From the sequence record OR786310.1: a stretch of DNA of 64,000 bases; one strand, given 5' to 3'. Source of the DNA: Escherichia phage ETEC-TG. Below, piece after piece: positions 17,487 to 26,428 of the stretch. How positions within the stretch are numbered: position 1 is the stretch's first letter; every line of letters begins with the position of its first letter. The notes below the pieces were generated by a model. The model was not told the origin of the DNA and did no database searches. It saw only the letters and a program-made list of their open reading frames with translations. Both the position numbers and the translations under genes were made by a program.

Positions 17487-17767
17487 AAACATCTATTCGC
17501 GTAAAACATGATCCAAACAGCAGTTACCCATACGCGGATGTTGAACGTCATGAAGGAGACTATTACACCATAAAACGTAAAGTCCCAACTGATACAGGGT
17601 TTAACTTTGATGTTATTGCGCTGGATGATCAAGGTGTTGATAATCTGGTGAATGCATTACTCGCATTGAAGGAAGTACGACATGAAAATCAGACTAAAGG
17701 TAAAGTGGCTTTCGATTCTTGTGATCGTTTAGCCGAAGAGATTGCCGAATGGCGTGACACTAACTAA
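17483..17767 (+). CDS. hypothetical protein (94 aa)
   Basis: ORF with SD GAGGAG. Confidence 0.5.
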   Translation: MKTSIRVKHDPNSSYPYADVERHEGDYYTIKRKVPTDTGFNFDVIALDDQGVDNLVNALLALKEVRHENQTKGKVAFDSCDRLAEEIAEWRDTN

Positions 17768-17959
17768 AACAGGAGAAAGATTATGGCTACTTTTCAACAA
17801 CTGAAAGATGTTTCACGTTTAGTAAGAAAAATCCGAGAAGCAGACGCTGCTGTGCGGAATGCATTAACGCCAGCAGAGCGCGAAGATCTTGAAGAGGAGG
17901 TGAAAACAGCCGAGAATGCTTTTGCTGTGTATCTTGCAACACTACATACAGGAGGTTAA

Positions 17960-18274
17960 ATGTCAGAAGAACTTAAAGAATTTTATCAAGCATATCATAA
18001 CTGGCTGTTAGCTGGTGCTCCAGATAATAATCCTTTCTGGCATGATAAAGGATTATGTAGTTGCCTCTACCTTTGGACTGGAGGTTATGATGATCTAAAT
18101 TATGAAATGCAAATGCAATTCCGTGAGGCAGGATTGTCTGAAGAATACCCGTTTGATGACGGAGACTGGTTTAAATATGATTTTGCACAAAGAAACGGGC
18201 TATTGCATTTGAATGCTGCCCGTATAAAATGGGTAAAAGATCATGCTACACAGGAGGATGTACAATGCCAATAG
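17960..18274 (+). CDS. paralog family A member 3
   Basis: ORF with SD CAGGAGG; motifs FYxxYHNW, GLCSCL, YPF, RIKWVKDH. Confidence 0.6.
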   Translation: MSEELKEFYQAYHNWLLAGAPDNNPFWHDKGLCSCLYLWTGGYDDLNYEMQMQFREAGLSEEYPFDDGDWFKYDFAQRNGLLHLNAARIKWVKDHATQEDVQCQ

Positions 18275-18465
18275 TGTTTAGTTTCTTGGTAATTGTTATG
18301 GTTGTTCTTTTCGCAGCATGGCTTTGGGATTTTGACCCAGGAGCAGCGCAGCAAAGAGCTACAGACTGGAAAGAACAATGTATTGTGCTCAAACATGAAC
18401 GAAATGCGGAGAAATTTCTTGACCTGGAGTGTGATCGCCTTGTAAGATACAAGCAAGATAAATAA
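18265..18465 (+). CDS. small membrane protein (66 aa)
   Basis: ORF; hydrophobic N-terminus; SD CAGGAGG. Confidence 0.45.
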   Translation: MPIVFSFLVIVMVVLFAAWLWDFDPGAAQQRATDWKEQCIVLKHERNAEKFLDLECDRLVRYKQDK

Positions 18466-18479
18466 CCTTGAGGTGCAAA

Positions 18480-18668
18480 ATGGTAATTGAGATTAAACTT
18501 GAATATGCTGGGGCTGTTGCTCTGATCGCACAAATGCTTGGAGCAAAGATTGAAGAAGTGTATATCAATGCCTGGAGCGTAGAGATTGATGTTCCTATGG
18601 ACAACATCGCTAATCGCTTGCTGGTGGCAGAGTGTGAACGCACCAACATAATCTACAAAGGAGCATAA
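18480..18668 (+). CDS. hypothetical protein (62 aa)
   Basis: ORF with SD GAGGTG. Confidence 0.45.
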   Translation: MVIEIKLEYAGAVALIAQMLGAKIEEVYINAWSVEIDVPMDNIANRLLVAECERTNIIYKGA

Positions 18669-18669
18669 T

Positions 18670-18891
18670 ATGAAAATTAGAGTTTGCGATGTATTGGGTT
18701 ATGTTGGTTTTGAGAATGTTCAGATTCCTTTTGTTGTTGAAGCACATCTTGTTAGCGATGATATGACAACATTCTTTGTTACGATAGAAGAAATGTCCAA
18801 AGTTGAGGGATGGGAGTGGTTTGAAGAAGATGTTTGGGAAGGTTGTGATTACGTATTTTTCTCTGATGAAGTGAATGTTCTTTCGGAGTAG
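18670..18891 (+). CDS. hypothetical protein (73 aa)
   Basis: ORF with SD AAAGGAG. Confidence 0.5.
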   Translation: MKIRVCDVLGYVGFENVQIPFVVEAHLVSDDMTTFFVTIEEMSKVEGWEWFEEDVWEGCDYVFFSDEVNVLSE

Positions 18892-18893
18892 GT

Positions 18894-19100
18894 ATGTCTT
18901 GTTTTACAAAAGCAGTATCCATATGTAAGAAACAGTATGAAAGTGATTACGGAATATTTAATATTCCAGTGGATCATACGGAGTATTGTTCATGTGGTGG
19001 CAGAATGAAGAAAACAGTGATTTATGCGGATAATGGAGATGAACTTGTTCCGGTTATGGTTTGCAAAGCTTGTCATTCTGTTAAAACATTAAAAGCGTAA
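18894..19100 (+). CDS. zinc-ribbon-like small protein (68 aa)
   Basis: CSCGG...CKACH cysteine pairs. Confidence 0.45.
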   Translation: MSCFTKAVSICKKQYESDYGIFNIPVDHTEYCSCGGRMKKTVIYADNGDELVPVMVCKACHSVKTLKA

Positions 19101-19195
19101 GGAGTCGGGACACCCGACGATTGGAGCTAAAAATTTTGCGTACAACCCTTTCCGCCCAACAGGGGCGCGTCGGGTAAATAAAGAGGAGAGTTTAT

Positions 19196-19594
19196 ATGAA
19201 AAAGATCATCGTAGGTTTATTGTTACTCATTGCATCACTCGGAACAGCAAATGCGTCTCAAGTTTATGAGTGTGTGTCAGAGGTGGTTGTTAAAAATCTG
19301 AAAGGTGAAGTTATTTCTGGCCCTAAGAAAATGGCTTCTGTTGTCATTAATAAAGATAACTCCTTTATCCTTAAAAATTCAGGTGGTGCTTTGATGAGTG
19401 GCATTCTGCAATACACAGGAGAAAAAAGTAAAGATGGTAGTGCTATGTACGGTTCACAACAGTTTATTGGCACTACTGAAGTAGTAATGATGCGCACAGA
19501 GTATCGAGACACTTTGGCTTGGTTTGCATTTCTAAAAAATGATAAAACAATAACGAATGTTCTTACTCTAGAAGCTGATTGTACGCAACGATAA
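19196..19594 (+). CDS. secreted/periplasmic protein with signal peptide (132 aa)
   Basis: MKKIIVGLLLLIASLGTANA leader; SD AAGAGGAGAG. Confidence 0.5.
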   Translation: MKKIIVGLLLLIASLGTANASQVYECVSEVVVKNLKGEVISGPKKMASVVINKDNSFILKNSGGALMSGILQYTGEKSKDGSAMYGSQQFIGTTEVVMMRTEYRDTLAWFAFLKNDKTITNVLTLEADCTQR

Positions 19595-19605
19595 GGGGGG
19601 TATTT

Positions 19606-20052
19606 ATGAGTAAAGTGAAACATTATGGTGTAAATCCCAACGATGCTTGGCTTATGTGCTCGGATGATCCGACAGAGGGGACATACGTGAAGTATGAAGA
19701 TTATGAAACCCTGTCGAAGGCAGTGATCGCACTGTTAACAGATATCCGCTCCCGTTATCCAGGACAAGATTTCACTTGCCCTCACATCAAACTTCTTGCT
19801 TGTCTGGTAGAAGGTGAGAAAGAAGTGGAAGATGGCTTCAAGCGTGTAGAGTATCAAGGTGAAACTTTAGATGTTCCTGAATTTGTTAATTATATTGCAA
19901 CAGACTCGGATGGTGATCGTTATGGTTACAGCCATAAGCCAGAGATTCCTGATTGGATTCCCGCTTGGCGTATTTCCGTTAGTACCGGAGACTATATCTT
20001 CCTTGGCGTAGGTAGTAGTAAGGATTGGCGTTTCTCTTTGACAGAGGTTTAA
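19606..20052 (+). CDS. hypothetical protein (148 aa)
   Basis: ORF; ATG 19606 after SD AAGGGGGG. Confidence 0.5.
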   Translation: MSKVKHYGVNPNDAWLMCSDDPTEGTYVKYEDYETLSKAVIALLTDIRSRYPGQDFTCPHIKLLACLVEGEKEVEDGFKRVEYQGETLDVPEFVNYIATDSDGDRYGYSHKPEIPDWIPAWRISVSTGDYIFLGVGSSKDWRFSLTEV

Positions 20053-20056
20053 TAAT

Positions 20057-20320
20057 ATGAAAGAGACATTGCCAGCAGCATACCGTTTGAATGATGAACG
20101 TATTTGGGAGTGGACCGACGTTTCTTGTTTTTACCCTGAAATAGTTCAATATTGGCGAGCAAAAGGGTGTGTTGTAGTTATCAACCCTTGTGGACCAGTA
20201 GATGAAGATTGTTTGTATCTCAATGGAAAGTGGCACAGTTATTGTCGCTGGCCTTTTGAGTGGATGTGTAAAGAAGATCTCCCAGAGGGTTGGGAGTATC
20301 CGAAAGCAAATAGGAGATAA
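20057..20320 (+). CDS. hypothetical Cys/Trp-rich protein (87 aa)
   Basis: ORF. Confidence 0.45.
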   Translation: MKETLPAAYRLNDERIWEWTDVSCFYPEIVQYWRAKGCVVVINPCGPVDEDCLYLNGKWHSYCRWPFEWMCKEDLPEGWEYPKANRR

Positions 20321-20321
20321 T

Positions 20322-20684
20322 ATGTCTAAAGATTTTGTTGAAGTGTTTGTCAAAGACGAAGAAACTGGTTTAGGCACAGGTTTCATTTGCGAAGAAACTT
20401 TTAAGCGTGAACAAGAAAAAGCTATTCTTATGCACCGCTATGATCATGCATTAGAACAATGGAAAAATGCAGAACAAAAATGCAAAAACCTTTACGCAGA
20501 AAATAGAAAACTACAAGATCAAATGGAGTTGTTAGCTATCAGTTTACGATCTCTCATTTTGGCTGTAGAAGATGGTTTTAAAAATCCAGATGGTTTTCCT
20601 GTGAGCGATATTGAACATGATTTGTATCTTGCTCGTGGTGCTTACTTTTATGTTAAACAGAAGCCTGTAGAAGGAGAGAAATGA
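20322..20684 (+). CDS. hypothetical protein (120 aa)
   Basis: ORF; ATG 20322 after SD AGGAGA. Confidence 0.5.
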   Translation: MSKDFVEVFVKDEETGLGTGFICEETFKREQEKAILMHRYDHALEQWKNAEQKCKNLYAENRKLQDQMELLAISLRSLILAVEDGFKNPDGFPVSDIEHDLYLARGAYFYVKQKPVEGEK

Positions 20685-20881
20685 TGGAAGAAAAACTGGA
20701 ACGTATTATCGAGTTAGCCATGTCTATTGGCTACGACGATTGTTTTCTCCAAACTATTGGAGAAACACAGGACGATTACGACTCTTGGGTGAAAGAGTTG
20801 GAAGAACTCAAAACTTCCTTGATTGCTGACTTTGCTGAAGCAGAGGATAAAGCAGATCGTTACAACTATCTGTGTCGATAA
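20681..20881 (+). CDS. hypothetical acidic protein (66 aa)
   Basis: ORF with SD GAAGGAGAG. Confidence 0.45.
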   Translation: MMEEKLERIIELAMSIGYDDCFLQTIGETQDDYDSWVKELEELKTSLIADFAEAEDKADRYNYLCR

Positions 20882-20884
20882 GCC

Positions 20885-20912
20885 TTGACATTTATTTTAT
20901 GTATGGTATACA
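20885..20912 (+). promoter_or_regulatory. Sigma70-like promoter (TTGACA, 16 nt, TATACA)
   Basis: Read from sequence upstream of ORF 20944. Confidence 0.4.
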
Positions 20913-20943
20913 TACATTATCAACGTGAGAAAGGTGGTGTAAT

Positions 20944-21216
20944 ATGAATAAAGATCGGTTTCTTTCTTTAGTCGCGGAAGCGCCTTTTGATGTTCTTGGG
21001 GTGAGATTATGGAAAGACAGAAACTATGGGTTAGATGTTCAAACATATTCTCTTTGGTTGGTTGGGGAGCACAGCTTAGATGAAAGCTTGTGCATGGGTA
21101 GGGATTCTCGTTCCCTTTGTTTAAAGTTTAGAAGCTTAGAACGCGCAAACAAAGAGCAAGAAAAACTAACGAGGTGGCTAAATGAAAACAAGCGCAGGGT
21201 TGATGGAGTTTTATAA
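20944..21216 (+). CDS. hypothetical protein (90 aa)
   Basis: ORF with SD AAAGGTGG. Confidence 0.5.
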   Translation: MNKDRFLSLVAEAPFDVLGVRLWKDRNYGLDVQTYSLWLVGEHSLDESLCMGRDSRSLCLKFRSLERANKEQEKLTRWLNENKRRVDGVL

Positions 21217-21508
21217 AATTTATCTAGCATGGATTGATGTTGGTGCTCCTGATGGTAAACCTTTTCGGCGAGATTGCGGTTTGTGTGCCAATTTGTTCGA
21301 TTATGTGCACGCAGATGGCTACAATCTCCTTATAACAACCTTGTCAGACGAAATGCACTCACAGTTTTACTACAAAGGGTTGAGTCAAGAACTCCCTTTC
21401 AATGAGAACTACGATGCATATGTCTTAGAATCAGATGCAGAGGTATGTCACCTGAACGTGGACAGGATTAATTGGGTAAGAGATCGTATTGCAGAGGAGG
21501 ATGAATAA
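21182..21508 (+). CDS. paralog family A member 4
   Basis: Motifs FYKIYLAW, GLCANL, LPFN, RINWVRDR. Confidence 0.6.
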   Translation: MKTSAGLMEFYKIYLAWIDVGAPDGKPFRRDCGLCANLFDYVHADGYNLLITTLSDEMHSQFYYKGLSQELPFNENYDAYVLESDAEVCHLNVDRINWVRDRIAEEDE

Positions 21509-21735
21509 TGTCGGATTATAACTGGTATGAACTTGAGGCTGTTTGTCAGTTTTACGACTCAATAGTTCTGCGTGATCCAATCTGTCAAGAATTAAGTCGC
21601 CGTGCAAGTGCATTGGCAATCAATGTTAAAGTGCACGATTGGAACGCAGATCTGGAAAAAGAATTGGAATTCCTTTTGGAAACAACCCGTGTCTTCCATA
21701 AAGTGTTCCCTGAATGGTTTGAGATGGAGGAATAA
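21508..21735 (+). CDS. hypothetical protein (75 aa)
   Basis: ORF with SD GAGGAGG. Confidence 0.5.
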   Translation: MSDYNWYELEAVCQFYDSIVLRDPICQELSRRASALAINVKVHDWNADLEKELEFLLETTRVFHKVFPEWFEMEE

Positions 21736-21737
21736 GC

Positions 21738-21950
21738 ATGTGGATTGTCCGTCTTAAGTATGATGGCAAGTTTCCGTGGGAGAAAGATGTTTGTGCCTGT
21801 GATTCAGCAGCACATGCCAAAGCAGCGGGTCAGGCAGTAGTTGACATGTATAACAACACCCCCTTTGATCCAGAAATGGCAGGTGTTACAATGAGCATGT
21901 TCACTTACTATTCTTTTGAGGTTTACTATCACGAAGGAGAGTGGAAATGA
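21738..21950 (+). CDS. hypothetical protein (70 aa)
   Basis: ORF with SD GGAGG. Confidence 0.5.
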   Translation: MWIVRLKYDGKFPWEKDVCACDSAAHAKAAGQAVVDMYNNTPFDPEMAGVTMSMFTYYSFEVYYHEGEWK

Positions 21951-22267
21951 GCGAAGAGCTATTAACATTTTACCGCACGTATTTGGCATGGTTGGAAGCT
22001 GGTGCTCCTGAAGGTGAACCGTTCACCCGTTGCACAGGTTTGTGCACGAACCTCTATGATTTTTACGACATAGGAGAAAGCGAACGATACGAACCTGTAC
22101 TGGATGAAATGCATGAGCAGTTCTACCTCAAAGGTTTGGTTATGGTGTTGCCTTTCAACAGTAATTTTGGAAAGTACACCTTAGAAGCGGAAAAAGGCCG
22201 TTGTCATTTGAATGTGGATCGTGTGAACTGGGTAAAAGAACGTGTAGCAGAAGAAATAATTGGTTGA
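21947..22267 (+). CDS. paralog family A member 5
   Basis: Motifs FYRTYLAW, GLCTNL, LPFN, RVNWVKER. Confidence 0.6.
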   Translation: MSEELLTFYRTYLAWLEAGAPEGEPFTRCTGLCTNLYDFYDIGESERYEPVLDEMHEQFYLKGLVMVLPFNSNFGKYTLEAEKGRCHLNVDRVNWVKERVAEEIIG

Positions 22268-22291
22268 CAGAAGGATCTGTCTTTGTCATAA
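22263..22291 (+). promoter_or_regulatory. Sigma70-like promoter (TTGACA, 17 nt, CATAAT)
   Basis: Read from sequence; shares TTGACAGAAG with promoter at 22732. Confidence 0.4.
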
Positions 22292-22321
22292 TCATCTCAT
22301 CGAAACAGAGAGGAGAAAATC

Positions 22322-22735
22322 ATGAAAAAGTTTATTTGCACCCGTTCCACTAACAGTGATATCCTTGTAGGTAAGGTTATCAAAGGAGAACTCTTCCATG
22401 CAAACGGTAAGAAATATATTCTGCTGAAAGATTCTTTCAACGGGGAATATCCGCGCTGCACTTTCTTCAATTACAATACTCCATTTGCTTTAGAAGGAGA
22501 TGCTTGGGACTGGGCTGAACTTCATCCTTGTTGTGAGGAAGAAGAATCTATGTTCTTAGGTTTAAACGTTTACCGTGTAGATTACACCATGTGCGGAGCG
22601 GAATATTCTGTTCGCGTAGAAGCCGAATCCAAACTACAAGCACCTTTCAAGGCGGGATTGACTTTGGGTCATTGTTTGGCAAACATTGAAGATGTTGTGA
22701 TCCAAAGAGTTGTTTTAGAGAAAGAGGCTATTTGA
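22322..22735 (+). CDS. hypothetical protein (137 aa)
   Basis: ORF with SD GAGAGGAG. Confidence 0.5.
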   Translation: MKKFICTRSTNSDILVGKVIKGELFHANGKKYILLKDSFNGEYPRCTFFNYNTPFALEGDAWDWAELHPCCEEEESMFLGLNVYRVDYTMCGAEYSVRVEAESKLQAPFKAGLTLGHCLANIEDVVIQRVVLEKEAI

Positions 22736-22760
22736 CAGAAGACGGTACAATATTTAAAAT
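22732..22760 (+). promoter_or_regulatory. Sigma70-like promoter (TTGACA, 17 nt, TAAAAT)
   Basis: Read from sequence. Confidence 0.4.
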
Positions 22761-22787
22761 ATAAAGATTAACCACAAAGGAGAGAAT

Positions 22788-23087
22788 ATGCAAGTTGAAG
22801 ACCTGATCCACATTCTGAATAAAGCTAAAGAGAAGGGTGCTATCAAAGACTGGAAACGTGAAACAAGTGAAGATTTATCTCATTGTTGCCGAGAATTTTA
22901 CATCGAAGGTATTGCTGACGATCATTATACTATTGAATGGTATATCAACTTAATGACTCTTAAGCACGGTTCATTTGAGGTTTGGTTTGATGATATTGAT
23001 GTAAATGGTTTCCATCCTGGCTATAAAATCGCTATGCAGTTATCTTATCGTAGAGAAGTTGTAGCACATTTGGGTTTACATAACTAA
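22788..23087 (+). CDS. hypothetical protein (99 aa)
   Basis: ORF with SD AAAGGAGAG. Confidence 0.5.
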   Translation: MQVEDLIHILNKAKEKGAIKDWKRETSEDLSHCCREFYIEGIADDHYTIEWYINLMTLKHGSFEVWFDDIDVNGFHPGYKIAMQLSYRREVVAHLGLHN

Positions 23088-23097
23088 GGAGAAAAGA

Positions 23098-23421
23098 ATG
23101 CAAGCAGTTGTTAACGAAGCTATTATGAACTTATCCTTCTTGTTAGCTGGTTTAGGAGGTGTCCTCATAGGTTTGGCTCTTATCTGGTGTATTCGTCGAT
23201 TAATCGGGTACCGACAAAAAGGTGTTTCATGTTTTGTATCTTATAATTTTACAACTGCTTACAGCAATGAGGTGGGATCTGGTAACGCTCAAGCATTTTT
23301 ACCAACATATCCTCCTACAGTGGAAGATATTCGAAACTTGGAAGTAGAACTTATGGGACTAAGTGATAATTATACATCTCTCGTTATTCAAAATATTTTT
23401 CGACTAAAACAGGAGGCGTGA
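23098..23421 (+). CDS. membrane protein with one predicted transmembrane helix (107 aa)
   Basis: Hydrophobic segment LSFLLAGLGGVLIGLALIWCI. Confidence 0.5.
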   Translation: MQAVVNEAIMNLSFLLAGLGGVLIGLALIWCIRRLIGYRQKGVSCFVSYNFTTAYSNEVGSGNAQAFLPTYPPTVEDIRNLEVELMGLSDNYTSLVIQNIFRLKQEA

Positions 23422-23634
23422 ATGAAGGCACATTACCCTCATCCCTTTGATCCTAAAAACAAAGCCGTAATTCTTCGTCAGTGGCAACGGGTTTGTCGTA
23501 CTAAATGTCCAATTAATAGCCCACACAATGTAGACAAGGATTATCTTGGGACATTTGTTGAATACACTTACATAGACAAAAACAAGCGTAAACAACATGT
23601 CGAGGAATACTGCTTAAGAGTAGAATGGCTGTAA
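23422..23634 (+). CDS. hypothetical protein (70 aa)
   Basis: ORF with SD CAGGAGG. Confidence 0.45.
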   Translation: MKAHYPHPFDPKNKAVILRQWQRVCRTKCPINSPHNVDKDYLGTFVEYTYIDKNKRKQHVEEYCLRVEWL

Positions 23635-23646
23635 ATAATAAATACC

Positions 23647-23675
23647 TTGACAAGTGTTTATTCATTTTGTAAAGT
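23647..23675 (+). promoter_or_regulatory. Sigma70-like promoter (TTGACA, 17 nt, TAAAGT) upstream of recombinase-like gene
   Basis: Read from sequence. Confidence 0.45.
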
Positions 23676-23704
23676 GAGAATACAGCAATGGTTTAGGAGT
23701 GGTT

Positions 23705-24376
23705 ATGAAAAAGTTTGTTGTTTACAGTCGTCTTTCTAAACAGAAAAAAGGCGAGGCACAATATGGTATGGAGAGCCAAGAGAACGATATCCGTTACTTC
23801 TTAGACTCTGTGCCTGATGCGGAAGTTATTGGTCAATTTTCTGAATACTATTCGGGTAAGGGCGATTGGAAGCAACGTAAGGAACTGGTTAAAGCGGTTG
23901 AAATGTGTAAAGCTACCGGAGCAACTTTATTGGTAGCTAAAGTTGACCGCTTGGGTCGTAACAACGCCTCCGTAGCAACTCTTCTAGAAATGATCGATGT
24001 TAAGATAGCCATTATGCCAGATGCAGATAAAATGGTTATACAGCTTCTGTCTGTTCTGGCTGAACAAGAGGTTAGAGGTATTGCTGATCGTATTAAAAAG
24101 GGTCTTGCTGTAGCAAAAAGCAAAGGTGTTTTATTAGGCAGTGCTAATCCTAAAACTGCCGCTGCACGTAGAAAAGGAAAAATGGAATACAACTCTGTTA
24201 AAGCAGACGCTTTTGCAGAGACATTTCGTGAACGTTTGGAGATCCTTAGAGATTTAAATACACCTTACAAAACTATTGCTGAAAAATTCAATAGTAAGAA
24301 AATAGCAACAGCACGTGGTGGTAAATGGGATGCTAAAACTGTTTCTCGTTTGTGTGCCAGACTGAACATTAAATAG
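23705..24376 (+). CDS. serine recombinase (resolvase/invertase family)-like protein
   Basis: N-terminal YSRLS, KVDRLGRN, EQEVRGIADRIKKGLAVAKSKG and C-terminal HTH-like segment, in the order typical of small serine recombinases. Confidence 0.55.
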   Translation: MKKFVVYSRLSKQKKGEAQYGMESQENDIRYFLDSVPDAEVIGQFSEYYSGKGDWKQRKELVKAVEMCKATGATLLVAKVDRLGRNNASVATLLEMIDVKIAIMPDADKMVIQLLSVLAEQEVRGIADRIKKGLAVAKSKGVLLGSANPKTAAARRKGKMEYNSVKADAFAETFRERLEILRDLNTPYKTIAEKFNSKKIATARGGKWDAKTVSRLCARLNIK

Positions 24377-24384
24377 GAGAGGAT

Positions 24385-24807
24385 ATGAAACAAGAAAATG
24401 AATCTGTAGATCACTTAATCATGCTGTCAGCCCTTTTTGCCGGATGGGACGTATTTTTTGAAAATTTGTTCAATTCTGCTACAGATGGTTCCGATTTTAT
24501 GCGCCAGTTTAAACGACGAACTGTTGAGGACTATGCTTTCTATTCAGGTCGGATTGAAAAAGGTTACGAAGATACAAATACAACACTCACTATTAAAGTT
24601 TTAGATGTGATGTTTAGTGTTATAGATGCTATCGACGAAAGCCTTCCGATCCTAGACAATTGTAATACGAAAGCCTATGTTTACAAAATAGCTCGTGCTT
24701 ATGTGTCTGCAAACAGTTGTCTTCTTTCCACCCAGATTGCCGTGAACAATCTTGCCAACTTGTTTGATGAAGGAGAAACTTTTTATGACAATCGATTTGA
24801 AGTGTAA
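24385..24807 (+). CDS. hypothetical protein (140 aa)
   Basis: ORF with SD AGGAGAGG. Confidence 0.5.
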   Translation: MKQENESVDHLIMLSALFAGWDVFFENLFNSATDGSDFMRQFKRRTVEDYAFYSGRIEKGYEDTNTTLTIKVLDVMFSVIDAIDESLPILDNCNTKAYVYKIARAYVSANSCLLSTQIAVNNLANLFDEGETFYDNRFEV

Positions 24808-25150
24808 GAGGATTCTTTTAGATTTCTATAATAATTGGTTAGAACACCTCCGTCTCTTTCCAAGAGAAAGTGGTTACGCTGATGTTGGCTTATGCCGAGG
24901 TCTGCGTATGTATATAAGTGATGAATTTCGGGCAGAGCATTCTTTAGCATATTCTGTTTATGGTATGCAATTAGCCAGTTTTGAAAACGCTGGCTTAGAT
25001 ACAACTTTCCCATTTAACACAGCAAAATCTTTTGAGCAAGAGTGTAAGGAAAAACGTTGTATGTTTAATGAAAAACGTGTACAGTGGGTTAAGGATCGAG
25101 TTAAACAACTGGAACAAGAGTTGGATTTCTTCTATGATGAGGCAGAATAA
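24785..25150 (+). CDS. paralog family A member 6
   Basis: ATG 24785 after SD GAAGGAGA; motifs FYNNWL, GLCRGL, FPFN, RVQWVKDR. Confidence 0.55.
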   Translation: MTIDLKCKRILLDFYNNWLEHLRLFPRESGYADVGLCRGLRMYISDEFRAEHSLAYSVYGMQLASFENAGLDTTFPFNTAKSFEQECKEKRCMFNEKRVQWVKDRVKQLEQELDFFYDEAE

Positions 25151-25422
25151 TGGATAGACAAACCTTAAAAACAATGGCAGATGCTACTAATTCCCCGTAC
25201 TTTGAAAAAGTAAGTAAGTTGGTAGCTCAAGCCGCAGAGGAAGGATATTATAACATAAACATCCACAACCCAAGTCTTATACTAGAAATGCCAAGTGATA
25301 AGAAGATACAAGAAAGTATCTGCGAAGGTATTGTTAGTTACTGGCGCGAGCGTGGGTGTGGTGCAAACATGGCTTTAGACAGTGCAAACATTGTAAGATA
25401 TATAAATATTTCTTGGGGGTGA
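25150..25422 (+). CDS. hypothetical protein (90 aa)
   Basis: ORF. Confidence 0.45.
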   Translation: MDRQTLKTMADATNSPYFEKVSKLVAQAAEEGYYNINIHNPSLILEMPSDKKIQESICEGIVSYWRERGCGANMALDSANIVRYINISWG

Positions 25423-25426
25423 TTTT

Positions 25427-26038
25427 ATGATTCAATGCACTCATATCCAAATTACTTGGAGAGATGAACTTTACCATTTGGGACAATTTACTGTAGGGGA
25501 GACATACCCTGTCATTAAACATAATCCTAACATCGCAAACTTTGATAGGATGGTTCTTGTTGAGGACGATCTGGGTCAAACTTATTCTTTAGATCTAAAA
25601 TATCCGTTTTCTTACGGCTACGATTGGATCGTTACTTTTGAAGACGTGGAGGAAAATAAAACAATGAACGAAAAAAATTCTTGGTATTATCGTTGTGAAC
25701 TGCCGCCAGTAGGTGAAAAGGTTATCTTTGTTCCTGATTTGGAAAGATATTCTTGGGACAGTTCTTATTCTGTTCCTAAAGAAGGCACCGAAGTTGAAGT
25801 TATTGCACATCGCACGACTTCGCATGGTAACGATGTAGCAGTTGTTTTCTGGGATGATGAAGGCGCTGCTTGTGCAGGTGGCTTTGTTGCAGGTAACTTT
25901 GAACCCCTGCCAGATCCTTTGAAGGAGGCAATTTTAGGCGTAGCTTCTTTTGGACTCTCTTACACGTCTGCACAGGAGATCGTAGAAGGTATTTTAAACG
26001 GTACTGTTCCAAACGAAATTTTCAAACAGATTAAATAA
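25427..26038 (+). CDS. hypothetical protein (203 aa)
   Basis: ORF; hairpin CACCCCG/CGGGGTG follows at 26045-26063. Confidence 0.5.
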   Translation: MIQCTHIQITWRDELYHLGQFTVGETYPVIKHNPNIANFDRMVLVEDDLGQTYSLDLKYPFSYGYDWIVTFEDVEENKTMNEKNSWYYRCELPPVGEKVIFVPDLERYSWDSSYSVPKEGTEVEVIAHRTTSHGNDVAVVFWDDEGAACAGGFVAGNFEPLPDPLKEAILGVASFGLSYTSAQEIVEGILNGTVPNEIFKQIK

Positions 26039-26089
26039 CAGTTGCACCCCGTTCTGCGGGGTGTTATTGTATATGTAAAGGAGGCGCTA

Positions 26090-26428
26090 ATGTATTACAC
26101 TGAAGACTACATATTGTATAACTTTTTTAAAGGTTGGTTGAAATGGGCGGAACAAGCTCCTGTCGGAGATTGTGTTTTTCCTTGGGATTCTCGTCAAGGC
26201 TTGTGTCGTTGTTTGGAAGATTGGCTTATAACCACAAACTACAATTCAGAAACTAAGAAATCTACATCAAACAGATTAAAAATGTTGTTTGAAGAAGATG
26301 GTTTAGATCCAATTTATCCTTTCGGTGAGGAAAGTTTCCACAATGGTCTTTTCCTTGGCACTCAACATTATGATAAAGATCGTGTAGATTGGGTAAAAGA
26401 AAAGGTAGCACAGTATGAATGGGGTTAA
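26090..26428 (+). CDS. paralog family A member 7
   Basis: ATG 26090 after SD AAGGAGG; motifs FFKGWLKW, GLCRCL, YPF, RVDWVKEK. Confidence 0.55.
   Translation: MYYTEDYILYNFFKGWLKWAEQAPVGDCVFPWDSRQGLCRCLEDWLITTNYNSETKKSTSNRLKMLFEEDGLDPIYPFGEESFHNGLFLGTQHYDKDRVDWVKEKVAQYEWG

Noticed and set aside
23705..24376. Lysogeny module implied by the recombinase
   Set aside because: The recombinase is a small serine type, not a large integrase, and there is no adjacent repressor/antirepressor pair or attachment-site candidate; the surrounding genes are lytic early functions.
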